A stretch of 64,000 nt of DNA from an uncultured Rhodospirillales bacterium (GTDB lineage Bacteria; Pseudomonadota; Alphaproteobacteria; UBA9219; RGZA01): the NCBI GenBank assembly GCA_964568585.1, contig CAZMQI010000001.1:449-64448 (forward strand), read 5' to 3'. Each line of letters opens with the position of its first letter. Position 1 is the stretch's first letter. The position numbers were made by a program, and so were the translations under genes. Under the pieces are notes generated by a model. The model saw only the letters and a list, made by a program, of their open reading frames with translations. It ran no database searches and had not been told where the DNA came from. Shown here one piece after another: positions 29,975-39,115 of this stretch.

Positions 29975-30967
29975 ATGAGCTCACCCACCCTGCTTAACCT
30001 TGATGCCGCCCATTTTAATAATAGTGGGGCCGATAAAACATTTATCGCGCGCGCGGCTGAGGTTTTGCGGGGCGGGAAGCTGGTCGCCTTCCCCACTGAA
30101 ACCGTCTACGGGCTTGGCGGCGATGCCACGAATGAACAAGCAGTAGCCGCTATTTTTGCTGCAAAAGGCCGCCCGACGTTTAATCCGCTCATCATCCATA
30201 TGGCGGATTTCTCTGAATTATCCGCCTATGTCGATATCTCACCTTTGGCAGAAAATCTGGCCGCGCATTTCATGCCCGGCGCACTCACACTTATCTTACC
30301 GCGTAAAAAAGATGCCGCCTTATCATGGCTGGTTAGTGCAGGCATGGATACATTGGCGGTACGCATTCCATCGCACGCGGTTGCACGCGCCTTATTGCGG
30401 GAAGTTAATGTGCCGATTGCTGCACCTAGCGCAAACCGCTCCGGCAGCGTTAGTGCAACAACGCCGTTACATGTTCTGGAATCTCTTGGCGACAAAGTGG
30501 ATTTGATTTTAGGCGCTGGCCGCTCACCGATTGGGATTGAATCAACCATTTTGGATATCACGGCGGCTACACCCGTCATTCTTCGCCAAGGCGGCGTAAC
30601 GCAAAGCGAGATTGAAGCTGTGATTGGCAAGGTAGATGTGTTTACTGGACACAGCGACACACCAACCTCCCCCGGGCAATTGCAAAGTCATTATGCGCCC
30701 AATGCACGTGTAAGGTTGAACGCAACCCATGCCGAAGAAGGTGAAGCATTACTAGCATTTGGCCCTGAAATGGGCATAAAAAGCAGTAAAATACGCTTGA
30801 ATTTAAGCGAGCGCGGCGATTTACACGAGGCAGCCGCCAATCTTTTTGCTATGCTGCGTGAATTAGATAAACCCGAGATAAAAACAATCGCCGTGATGTC
30901 ACTTCCTGAAATTGGCCTTGGCCTTGCCATGAATGACCGTCTGCGTAGAGCGGCTGCTCCGCGATGA
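29975..30967 (+). CDS. tsaC: L-threonylcarbamoyladenylate synthase (Sua5/YrdC family, long form)
   Basis: YrdC domain …GKLVAFPTETVYGLGGDATN… plus C-terminal Sua5 domain. 330 aa. Confidence 0.85.
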   Translation: MSSPTLLNLDAAHFNNSGADKTFIARAAEVLRGGKLVAFPTETVYGLGGDATNEQAVAAIFAAKGRPTFNPLIIHMADFSELSAYVDISPLAENLAAHFMPGALTLILPRKKDAALSWLVSAGMDTLAVRIPSHAVARALLREVNVPIAAPSANRSGSVSATTPLHVLESLGDKVDLILGAGRSPIGIESTILDITAATPVILRQGGVTQSEIEAVIGKVDVFTGHSDTPTSPGQLQSHYAPNARVRLNATHAEEGEALLAFGPEMGIKSSKIRLNLSERGDLHEAAANLFAMLRELDKPEIKTIAVMSLPEIGLGLAMNDRLRRAAAPR

Positions 30968-32364
30968 AAGCTGTATTAGAAAAACTGACCGCACTACTTG
31001 GCGCATCCGGTGTGCTAACGGAAGAAAGCGATAAGGAAGCTTACTTGCATGAATGGCGCGGGCGCATCACATCCAAAAGTCCGGCAGTGCTGCTACCAAA
31101 GAATACTGCTGAAGTTTCTGAAATCGTAAAACTATGCGCTGCTCATTCCATTCCATTAGTACCACAAAGCGGCAATACAGGCCTTGTTGGTGCATCAGTA
31201 CCAAATGAAGATAATTCATCGCTGTGTTTAAGCCTAAAACGCATGAACACAATCCGCAACATCGATGCCGCGGATTTCAGCATGGTCGCTGAAGCAGGTT
31301 GTATTTTACAACTTGTTCAAGAAGCCGCGGCGGCACAAAACCGTTTATTTGCCATGACGCTTGCATCTGAAGGCTCCGCCTGCATTGGCGGGCTTACCGC
31401 AACCAATGCTGGCGGATCATATACCCTTCGTTACGGCAATATGCGCGAACAAATCCTTGGGCTGGAAGCCGTTCTGCCCGATGGCAGCATTTGGAATGGC
31501 CTTCGTTCGCTTCGCAAAAACAATTCGGGCTATGATTTGAAACAGCTGTTGATTGGCAGCGAAGGCACGCTTGGCATCATAACCGCCGCAACACTTAAAT
31601 TATTACCAAAACCAGAACGCATTGAAACGGCGTTGATTGCACTTCCCAGCCCGCAAGCGGCGATTGATGTGCTGGGCAAGTTGCGTAGCGCAACACAAGA
31701 TACCCTTGCCGCGTTCGAGTTAATGCCACGCGTGGCGATTGATTCAGCCGTCAAATATTGTAATGCACGCAAGCCATTTGGTGCCCAAGAAAATTACAAG
31801 TGGATAGCATTGATTGAAACGCACGCCACATCCGGACGTGGTGAAAGCTTGACCAGCACTCTGGAACCATTACTGGAAAGCAATGCCATTGAAAATGCAG
31901 CGATTGGCGAAAACATCGCACAAAACCGCAGTTTCTGGGCTTTGCGTGAAGCAATCGTTGAAGCACAAAACCGCATGGGCGCATCGCTAAAACACGACAT
32001 CTCCATCCCCATCAGCCAGATGGCGGCGTGTATTGAGCAAGGCAGTATCATTGTAGAAAAGCTTGTTCCGGGTGCCCGCCCCTACACCTTTGGCCATATC
32101 GGTGATGGCAATATCCATTTCAATATCAGCCAAGCGGAGGGTGCAGATAATGATGCATTCATCGCTAAACGCGAAGTCGTCGCTAGCGCATTGCATGATT
32201 TGGTCATAAGCCTTGGTGGTTCAATTAGTGCGGAGCACGGTATTGGCCGTTTTAAAAAGGCCGAATTCCACCGCACCATTTCACCCGTTGAATTAGAATT
32301 GATGCGTAACATCAAGCAAACGCTTGATCCCAAAAATATAATGAACCCCGGTGTACTTTTTTAA
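30964..32364 (+). CDS. FAD-linked oxidase (GlcD / D-2-hydroxyacid dehydrogenase family)
   Basis: FAD-binding PCMH domain (…PQSGNTGLVGASVP…) and C-terminal FAD-oxidase domain (…EHGIGRFK…). 4-nt overlap with tsaC. Confidence 0.75.
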   Translation: MKAVLEKLTALLGASGVLTEESDKEAYLHEWRGRITSKSPAVLLPKNTAEVSEIVKLCAAHSIPLVPQSGNTGLVGASVPNEDNSSLCLSLKRMNTIRNIDAADFSMVAEAGCILQLVQEAAAAQNRLFAMTLASEGSACIGGLTATNAGGSYTLRYGNMREQILGLEAVLPDGSIWNGLRSLRKNNSGYDLKQLLIGSEGTLGIITAATLKLLPKPERIETALIALPSPQAAIDVLGKLRSATQDTLAAFELMPRVAIDSAVKYCNARKPFGAQENYKWIALIETHATSGRGESLTSTLEPLLESNAIENAAIGENIAQNRSFWALREAIVEAQNRMGASLKHDISIPISQMAACIEQGSIIVEKLVPGARPYTFGHIGDGNIHFNISQAEGADNDAFIAKREVVASALHDLVISLGGSISAEHGIGRFKKAEFHRTISPVELELMRNIKQTLDPKNIMNPGVLF

Positions 32365-33345
32365 TTAAGCCGCGAAAGACGATTTGTTATCTTGCTTATT
32401 ACCGATAGTCGTAAGCGCATCGTTCATATGCACCTGCGCCAACATCATCGTGTTGAACAATGTATCGGATGTGCGGTTTTGCTTCAGCACCTGCGCCATC
32501 ACATCCATGTTCACGGTGATATCGCTGGATACATTGGCTGACATGCTCAGACTTGGCAGAACGTAATAGGATGATGAAAGCGATGCTACCTGAGTGGGCG
32601 CGCTTGCAACAGGCGCAGAAGCAGCAGATGCAGTCATAACGCCTGTAGACGGCTCCGCATCAAACTTCTTGGCAAACCGGTTATAGATTTCTTTCAGGCT
32701 TAATGCTTTGCCCGTCTTTGAATAGAATACGCTTGGGTTCGCTTCTGCTGCATCGGGCAAAGTATCCGCTGCTGGTGCATTGGGCGTGGCATGCATCTTA
32801 TTGAGGAATGTGGATGCGCCACCTGCACCTAAAAAATGCGCCATGTATAATTCGGTGCTGCCAATCGTGCCACCGACGGATGCATCCAGATAATCTTTAT
32901 TCTCTTTGGTGAATTCTGCGGCCATGGCAGATGAAAGGATGGGGTCATGACGCAAATTCAAAATCTTCTGGCGCATCTCTGGATCGCTTACCGTCAGCCG
33001 ACCATTCTTTTCGGTGATTGCCGCCGCTTCGTCCGATAAACCATATTGGGTACCGTGTTCCTTCACCATCTGTAGCCAAGTAGATTTAATGAACTGGAAC
33101 AATCCGCTTGCGGAACTGGTACTCGCCTTCGCATTCGGGTTCAAACTGCTTTCTTGGTCGGCCTTATTGAGCAGGTAGGCAAAATCCACCCCTGTTTTGG
33201 TGCTGGCTTGCTGGATAGCACTGATGACGCCGCTTTTGCCAACAGCTTGATTTTGCTGGGTTTTGCTTAGTTCTGTGATAGCGTTCTGCAGAATATCAGT
33301 CATTATGCTCATTCCTTCCCTTAACCCTTTATTGGCAAAGACCAT
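32365..33345 (-). CDS. Lytic transglycosylase (SLT)-domain-like protein
   Basis: …DFAYLLNKADQESSLNPNAKASTSSASGLFQFIKSTW… resembles the SLT catalytic E-S…GLMQ…T motif block. The remainder is unassigned. Confidence 0.4.
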   Translation of the reverse strand: MVFANKGLREGMSIMTDILQNAITELSKTQQNQAVGKSGVISAIQQASTKTGVDFAYLLNKADQESSLNPNAKASTSSASGLFQFIKSTWLQMVKEHGTQYGLSDEAAAITEKNGRLTVSDPEMRQKILNLRHDPILSSAMAAEFTKENKDYLDASVGGTIGSTELYMAHFLGAGGASTFLNKMHATPNAPAADTLPDAAEANPSVFYSKTGKALSLKEIYNRFAKKFDAEPSTGVMTASAASAPVASAPTQVASLSSSYYVLPSLSMSANVSSDITVNMDVMAQVLKQNRTSDTLFNTMMLAQVHMNDALTTIGNKQDNKSSFAA

Positions 33346-33360
33346 GCCAAATTTTTCTTT

Positions 33361-35121
33361 ATGACCTACACCCCTCCGATTAACGACATTTTGTTCGTCC
33401 TCACTCGCCTGATTGGTATCGAAAAACTGGCCAAGCTTCCTGGCTTCGACTCAGTCAGCGAGGATCTGACACGCTCCATTTTAGAAGAAGCAGGAAAGCT
33501 GGCCGCAGGAACCTTCGCGCCGCTTAATCACACAGGCGATAAGCAAGGTTTAAAATTTTCAAATAACGCCGTGACAATGCCCGATGGTTTTGCCGCCGCA
33601 TATCAAGAGTATGTGGAAGGCGGATGGAACGGTTTATCATTTGGTGAAGATATAGGCGGCCAAGGACTACCGGCAACACTGGCGATGCCCGTGCAGGAAA
33701 TGTTGCAGACTGCAAATCTATCCCTTGCCCTTTGTACCCTGCTGAACCAAGGCGCGATTGAATTGCTCAGCGTGCATGGCACGGATGCACAAAAGAAAAC
33801 CTATCTGCCAAAGATGGTGAGCGGCGCATGGTCTGGCACGATGAATTTAACGGAAAGTCAGGCGGGTTCGGATGTTGGCGCGGTACGCTGCAAATCCACC
33901 AAAGACGGCGCACATTACAAGGTGCAAGGCCAAAAGATATTCATAAGCTATGGCGAACACGACATGGCAGAAAACATTATCCATCTTGTATTGGCGCGCT
34001 TGCCCGACGCCCCTGAAGGTACAAAAGGCCTATCCCTATTTCTGGTTCCAAAATTCTTGGTGAATGCGGATGGCTCGCTTGGCGCACGCAATGATGCCTA
34101 TGCGATTTCGATTGAACATAAACTAGGCCAGCATGCCAGCCCCACCGGCACCATGGCATATGGTGATAAGGGTAATTGTTATGCGGAACTTGTGGGCGGT
34201 GAAAATCGTGGCATCGAAGCAATGTTCGTGATGATGAATAATGCGCGTATCGGTGTTGGACTTCAGGGTTTGGCGCTGTGCGAACGTTCCATGCAGCAAG
34301 CGGCAGATTATGCCCGCAACCGCGTGCAAAGCAAACCATTGAAGAAGGGGGCGGATAAGCCCGTGACTATCATCACGCACCCCGATGTGCGCCGTATGTT
34401 GATGTCCATGAAGTCACAAACCGAAGCTGCGCGGGCGCTGGCCTACAGCGCAGCATTCGCGATTGATGCGGAGCAACAAGACCGCGTTGATTTGCTAACG
34501 CCGATTGTAAAAGCATGGATTACTGATTTATCAAACGAACTAACCTCCACCGCTGTGCAGGTATTTGGTGGTATGGGCTTTGTTGAAGAAACCGGCGCAG
34601 CACAGCATATGCGCGATGCGCGCGTATTGGCGATTTATGAAGGCACGAACGGTATTCAGGCCAATGATCTGGTATTCCGGAAGTTAGCCCGCGATGACGG
34701 CAAATCATTTAATGCCTATGTTGCGGAAATGAAAGCGATTGCCCAAACTATTGGCGCAGAACAAGGCGACGATGCCGCCGCGATTGCAGCAAGTTTGAAC
34801 ACATCGCTGGGCCATCTTGAAAAAGCTGCGGCACATTTATTGCCGTTGGCAAAAACCGATATGAATTCGGCGGCCTTTGCCGCCGTTCCATTCCTGCGTT
34901 TATTCGCCGTGACCGCTGGCGGTGCACGCATGGCAGAATCCGCATTAATTGCCAATAATGAATTAAAGGCACCGCAGGATTTCTCCGCTGACTTCCTTGA
35001 AAACAAAATCATCACAGCGCGGTTCTATGCAGAAAGTATCTTGCCGCAAACCGCAGGATTATTGCCTGTTATCCTCGCTAAACAACAAGGCGTGATGACG
35101 ATGCCAGAAAACTGGTTCTAG
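33361..35121 (+). CDS. Large (~590 aa) acyl-CoA dehydrogenase family protein
   Basis: Acyl-CoA DH N, middle and C domains (…TESQAGSDVG…, …GIQANDLVFRKLAR…) with an extended N- and C-terminus typical of the long FadE-like class. Confidence 0.8.
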   Translation: MTYTPPINDILFVLTRLIGIEKLAKLPGFDSVSEDLTRSILEEAGKLAAGTFAPLNHTGDKQGLKFSNNAVTMPDGFAAAYQEYVEGGWNGLSFGEDIGGQGLPATLAMPVQEMLQTANLSLALCTLLNQGAIELLSVHGTDAQKKTYLPKMVSGAWSGTMNLTESQAGSDVGAVRCKSTKDGAHYKVQGQKIFISYGEHDMAENIIHLVLARLPDAPEGTKGLSLFLVPKFLVNADGSLGARNDAYAISIEHKLGQHASPTGTMAYGDKGNCYAELVGGENRGIEAMFVMMNNARIGVGLQGLALCERSMQQAADYARNRVQSKPLKKGADKPVTIITHPDVRRMLMSMKSQTEAARALAYSAAFAIDAEQQDRVDLLTPIVKAWITDLSNELTSTAVQVFGGMGFVEETGAAQHMRDARVLAIYEGTNGIQANDLVFRKLARDDGKSFNAYVAEMKAIAQTIGAEQGDDAAAIAASLNTSLGHLEKAAAHLLPLAKTDMNSAAFAAVPFLRLFAVTAGGARMAESALIANNELKAPQDFSADFLENKIITARFYAESILPQTAGLLPVILAKQQGVMTMPENWF

Positions 35122-35182
35122 CCGTTTGACTTTCGGTTTATGTATTTCTACACTTTAACGCATATCAACATTTGAACCGACC

Positions 35183-36079
35183 ATGCTTTTTTCTGATAAT
35201 AACCACTGGCGTTTTGGCTGGGGCAGAGAAGGCCTTTATAATTTTGATGAGCAGGATTTACCGCTTTGGGTAAAATTTGGTCCATGCACCACACAACCAA
35301 AAACCTTTGATATCGAAATTAGCAATGCCGTTAAGAAAATTGCAGCGGCAGCCACCAAACCAATTTATGTTGCGATGAGCGGCGGCATTGATAGTGAGAT
35401 GGTCGCGCGCGCCATGTTAAAAGAAAAAATTCCATTCACACCTCTAATTTTACAGTACGAAAAAAGCTACAATAAAATGGATATTATTTATGCGTTTGAG
35501 TTCTGTAAGCAGCGGAATATTACGCCAGAAATTGTGCCGTTCGAAATTATCAAATTTTTCCGAGACTGCGTAAATACGCCCTATATCCTCAATAATTGCG
35601 CGCATATTATGCATATGCAGATTATGCGTATCGCAGCGAGCTTGGGCGGGATGGCGGTTATCGGCGTGGGCGAACAACGCTATGAAAAATCAAATGGGGA
35701 AATCTATATTCCAGTGCCGCAGGAGCGCATTGCCGTTACCCATTTTATGCATGCAGAAAACGTAGAGGGTGTCTCAGCTTTCTATTGCTACACCCCGGAA
35801 ATGATGTACAGCCTATTATTGGAAGCAAAAGCACATGGCTTTGAAGGTATGGAAAGGTTTGCTCATAACATCAAAGATGGGATTTACCGAAAATATTGGC
35901 CAGACATGGTCAAGCGGCCAAAATATTCGGGTTTTGAATTAGTAGAAGATAGTAGAATTGAAGCGCAGCAACTTCTGCAAAGAAAATATGCATCAAAGCT
36001 TGTTAAATTTGCCATACCCATGTTCGAGTTGGAGCAACAGCTCAGCGGCGAGACTGGCGCATTGAGTATTAAATACTAA
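35183..36079 (+). CDS. Orphan PP-loop (SGGxDS) ATP pyrophosphatase-superfamily protein of unknown function; visibly lower GC than surroundings
   Basis: …KPIYVAMSGGIDSEMVARAM… is a PP-loop motif ~65 aa from the N-terminus, as in QueC/TilS/NadE/LarE-type adenine-nucleotide alpha-hydrolases. The remaining 230 aa are not assignable. AT-rich codon usage. Confidence 0.5.
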   Translation: MLFSDNNHWRFGWGREGLYNFDEQDLPLWVKFGPCTTQPKTFDIEISNAVKKIAAAATKPIYVAMSGGIDSEMVARAMLKEKIPFTPLILQYEKSYNKMDIIYAFEFCKQRNITPEIVPFEIIKFFRDCVNTPYILNNCAHIMHMQIMRIAASLGGMAVIGVGEQRYEKSNGEIYIPVPQERIAVTHFMHAENVEGVSAFYCYTPEMMYSLLLEAKAHGFEGMERFAHNIKDGIYRKYWPDMVKRPKYSGFELVEDSRIEAQQLLQRKYASKLVKFAIPMFELEQQLSGETGALSIKY

Positions 36080-36160
36080 GCTTTGTGTTTGCCGTATTTG
36101 GTGGTTTGCCAAGCAAAGAATGCCACACCAGCCAGCACAAGAATAAGATCCATACCCATA
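36077..36160 (-). CDS. Candidate 27-codon small hydrophobic protein (MGMDLILVLAGVAFFAWQTTKYGKHKA)
   Basis: Minus-strand ORF with GGGAG 6 nt upstream of the ATG. Single predicted TM helix followed by a basic tail. Its stop codon overlaps the stop of the PP-loop gene. Lies 60 nt downstream of the MCP-domain gene on the same strand. Below the ORF-track size cutoff. Confidence 0.3.
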
Positions 36161-36219
36161 AGAAACTCCCAAAAAAATGCGATAGCTTTGTATAGAACAA
36201 AGCTGCCTAATTTTAAAGC

Positions 36220-37242
36220 CTATATTGGCTTTTGTACGATGCAACCATACCAGCCAAGACCTTTATAAGTTTCATAACCAGGGGTCAGCGCAAAGCCGAT
36301 GGTATTTCCCTCGGCATCAGTGTAGCTGCCGGCACTTTTCTGCTCGGTCTGTAATGGAATGGTCTGCTGCAAAATGCCATTGCCATCGGTTGATGCGATG
36401 ACACGGCACTTACTGTCCAGCAACAAACAACGCGTGCGGTTTTTTTCATCATCCGCAAGGCTGATGGAATTCACGACCGCCTGGCTTTGTGATTGCCAAT
36501 CAAAGAAGATGCCAAGTACGCCAAGAATTTCGCCATGACTGTTGCCATCTTTTCTGATTGCAGCTGAGTAGGTTGCCACCAGATTGTCTTCCAATAATGC
36601 ATTCGGCGCGATATCCGCTACAGCATATTCATCGCCGCTTTGGGTATGCATGGCTTGCTGGAACCAGCTTTCACCACTAACAGACGAGCCTTGGACATTC
36701 CCGTATTTTTCAGGGCGACCCGACGCAATCACCTTGCCATGTTTATCCGCCACCCATAAATCAAGATAAACGGTATATGCACCCAGAATAACGCCAAGGC
36801 GGCGGCTGGCATGGTCGCGGACAATCTCAGTTGGATTTTGCACGCAATCCACCACCGCACTATCAGTTGCCCACCACCGGACATCACAGGAACGTTCGTA
36901 TAAGTTGCGATCGATAATATCAATCATATTGAGCGATAAATCAGCAAGGCGCTGGCCACGGACATGACTGACGAGGCGCTGCCCCAATTCATTAAGTTCG
37001 CCAACGCGTTCGGCCATTTCTTCAGTCAGACTCTTAGAAATAATCCGGATTTGTTCTGATATTTTGCGTACTTCTTCAGCAACGATTGAAAAACCTTTTC
37101 CGGCTTCGCCTGCACGGGCGGCTTCAATCATCGCATTCAGCGCAAGGATTCGCGTAGTTGCGGTGATAACCTGAATTTCGCCTACCCGTTTACTGGCTAG
37201 GTCTGAAACAGCTTGTGAAAGCTTGAGAATCCGCTCTGGCAT
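36220..37242 (-). CDS. Soluble protein with truncated methyl-accepting chemotaxis signalling tip fused to a C-terminal Cache/PAS-like sensor domain
   Basis: N-terminal ~100 aa contain the MCP highly conserved hairpin tip (…[36 protein letters not shown]…). No TM segment or HAMP domain. C-terminal ~230 aa carry a …DVRWWATD… motif reminiscent of the Cache D-x-R-x-RPWY block. Confidence 0.55.
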   Translation of the reverse strand: MPERILKLSQAVSDLASKRVGEIQVITATTRILALNAMIEAARAGEAGKGFSIVAEEVRKISEQIRIISKSLTEEMAERVGELNELGQRLVSHVRGQRLADLSLNMIDIIDRNLYERSCDVRWWATDSAVVDCVQNPTEIVRDHASRRLGVILGAYTVYLDLWVADKHGKVIASGRPEKYGNVQGSSVSGESWFQQAMHTQSGDEYAVADIAPNALLEDNLVATYSAAIRKDGNSHGEILGVLGIFFDWQSQSQAVVNSISLADDEKNRTRCLLLDSKCRVIASTDGNGILQQTIPLQTEQKSAGSYTDAEGNTIGFALTPGYETYKGLGWYGCIVQKPI

Positions 37243-37415
37243 GGGTCATTCCTAGTGTTAGGTTGGGTAGTCTTTGCACATCCACAACTAAATAAAAATT
37301 ATAAAATAATAATTAAGGTTGTAAAATCCTTTTTTTTACGCCAGTGTTAGCTCCCGTGTCATCAGGTGATTGTTTTTACGCAAAACCTGTCTTTTCGTCC
37401 ATACCTTCATACGAC

Positions 37416-38780
37416 ATGGGAAATAAAAAAATGGGAAACATCAAAACTAAAGCGTTTGGGGGCTTGGCAGTGATTGCTGCGCTTGCACTTACCCCACTAC
37501 AAGCCTTTGCAGAAACCGCAGCTGCTGCGCCGAATCCACTGAACAGCGGGGATACGGCATGGATGCTTTGTGCAACCGCCCTCGTTCTAATGATGACGAT
37601 TCCTGCCCTCGCCCTTTTCTACGGTGGTCTGGTTCGTAAACAAAATGCGCTTGCTACCTCTATGCAAAGTTTTGCCACCTGCTGTTTGGTTGCGGTGCTT
37701 TGGGTCGTGGTTGGCTACAGTCTGAGCTTTACCAACGGCACAACCACACTGCCAGATGGCTCAACCTTCATCGGTGACTTCAGCCGTCTGTTCTTTACTG
37801 GCGTCGATCACACCGTCGCCTTCGTTCTTGGTGCTGGTCTTGATAATGCTGTTAAGACAACGATTCCTGAACCGCTGTACATGATTTTCCAAATGACCTT
37901 TGCGATTATCACGCCAGCGCTGATTGCCGGTGCATTTGCAGACCGTATCAAATTCTCTGCGCTGCTCGTATTCATGGGCGCATGGTCAATTCTGGTATAC
38001 GCACCAATTGCCCACTGGGTATGGTCACCTGCAGGCTGGTTGTTCAAGATGGGCGCGCTTGATTATGCGGGTGGTACCGTTGTGCACATCAACGCCGGTG
38101 TTGCGGGTCTTGTCGCTGCAATCATGATTGGTCGCCGCAATGCAAGCACCAGCCAACATGCTCCTTACAACGTAATCTTCAGCCTCATTGGCGCATCATT
38201 GCTGTGGGTTGGCTGGATTGGTTTTAATGCTGGCTCTGCACTTGCTGCTGACGGTCGTGCCGCTATGGCCGCAACCGTTACCATCGTTGCTGCTGCTACC
38301 GCTGCTATCAGCTGGATGGCTGTGGAATGGTCCGATCGTGGCCGCCCCAGCATCTCCGGTAAAATCACTGGTGCTGTTGCAGGTCTGGTTGGCGTCACCC
38401 CAGCTTCGGGCTTTGTTAACGTGGAAGGCGCGCTCGCGATTGGTTTCATCACCGGCGTACTTTGCTACCTCTCCGCAACTCGTTTGAAGAACATCTTCAA
38501 ATATGATGACAGCCTTGATTGCTTCGGCGTTCACGGCGTTGGTGGGATCATCGGCGCAGTGCTTACGGGTGTGTTTGCATCCAAAGCCATCGGCGGCGTT
38601 GCTGGCGGCATGGATCAAATATTGATCCAGCTGGCTGCAGTTGGCGCGACCATCGCGTGGTGTGCTATTGTTTCCTTCATCATCCTGAAGATCATCGATA
38701 TGACGATGGGTCTTCGTGTGGATGCTGAAACCGAGCAACGCGGTCTGGATGAAACACTCCATGGCGAGCAAATCCACTAA
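37416..38780 (+). CDS. amt: Ammonium transporter (Amt/AmtB family)
   Basis: Signal peptide (…ALALTPLQAFA|ETAAA) plus 11 TM helices, with the Amt signature …DYAGGTVVHINAG… and twin-His region. The ORF track starts at GTG 37344; ATG 37416 or 37431 is more plausible. Confidence 0.9.
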   Translation: MGNKKMGNIKTKAFGGLAVIAALALTPLQAFAETAAAAPNPLNSGDTAWMLCATALVLMMTIPALALFYGGLVRKQNALATSMQSFATCCLVAVLWVVVGYSLSFTNGTTTLPDGSTFIGDFSRLFFTGVDHTVAFVLGAGLDNAVKTTIPEPLYMIFQMTFAIITPALIAGAFADRIKFSALLVFMGAWSILVYAPIAHWVWSPAGWLFKMGALDYAGGTVVHINAGVAGLVAAIMIGRRNASTSQHAPYNVIFSLIGASLLWVGWIGFNAGSALAADGRAAMAATVTIVAAATAAISWMAVEWSDRGRPSISGKITGAVAGLVGVTPASGFVNVEGALAIGFITGVLCYLSATRLKNIFKYDDSLDCFGVHGVGGIIGAVLTGVFASKAIGGVAGGMDQILIQLAAVGATIAWCAIVSFIILKIIDMTMGLRVDAETEQRGLDETLHGEQIH

Positions 38781-38812
38781 TTAGTCCTTATATATCAAGG
38801 ACTTTACGATTA

Positions 38813-38846
38813 AACCGGCCTCCGTCATCGGAGGCCGGTTTTTTGT
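38813..38846 (+). terminator. Rho-independent terminator after amt
   Basis: AACCGGCCTCCGtcatCGGAGGCCGGTTttttt: 12-bp GC-rich stem plus T tract. Preceded by a second small hairpin GTCCTTatatatcAAGGAC. Confidence 0.75.
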
Positions 38847-38865
38847 TAATTTCTGGGGTTATTAA

Positions 38866-38895
38866 TTGACTTATATGCAGGGTTATCAGTATGTT
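38866..38895 (+). promoter_or_regulatory. Putative sigma70 promoter for rpmG (TTGACT-N18-TATGTT)
   Basis: Hexamers read directly ~30 nt upstream of the rpmG ATG. Confidence 0.3.
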
Positions 38896-38926
38896 CACGC
38901 ATCAAATTCAATAGGATTAGTAAAAA

Positions 38927-39100
38927 ATGGCAAAAGTTAAAAACGCAATTCAGATGGTTAGCTCAGAAGGCACGGGCTTTTTCTACACAACAAAGAAGAA
39001 CCCACGCAAAGCTGAAAAGCTGAAGCTAAAGAAATATGATCCGGTAAAGCGCAAGCATGTTGAATTTACCGAAAGCAAAATTTCACGCGCGAAGAAGTAA
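38927..39100 (+). CDS. rpmG: 50S ribosomal protein L33
   Basis: 57-aa [60 protein letters not shown]. Matches the L33 consensus (…SxxGTGxFYTTxKN…KLxLKKYDPxxRxHV…). Absent from the ORF track because it is below 60 aa. Confidence 0.85.
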   Translation: MAKVKNAIQMVSSEGTGFFYTTKKNPRKAEKLKLKKYDPVKRKHVEFTESKISRAKK

Positions 39101-39115
39101 GCTTCTTCTTCCAGC

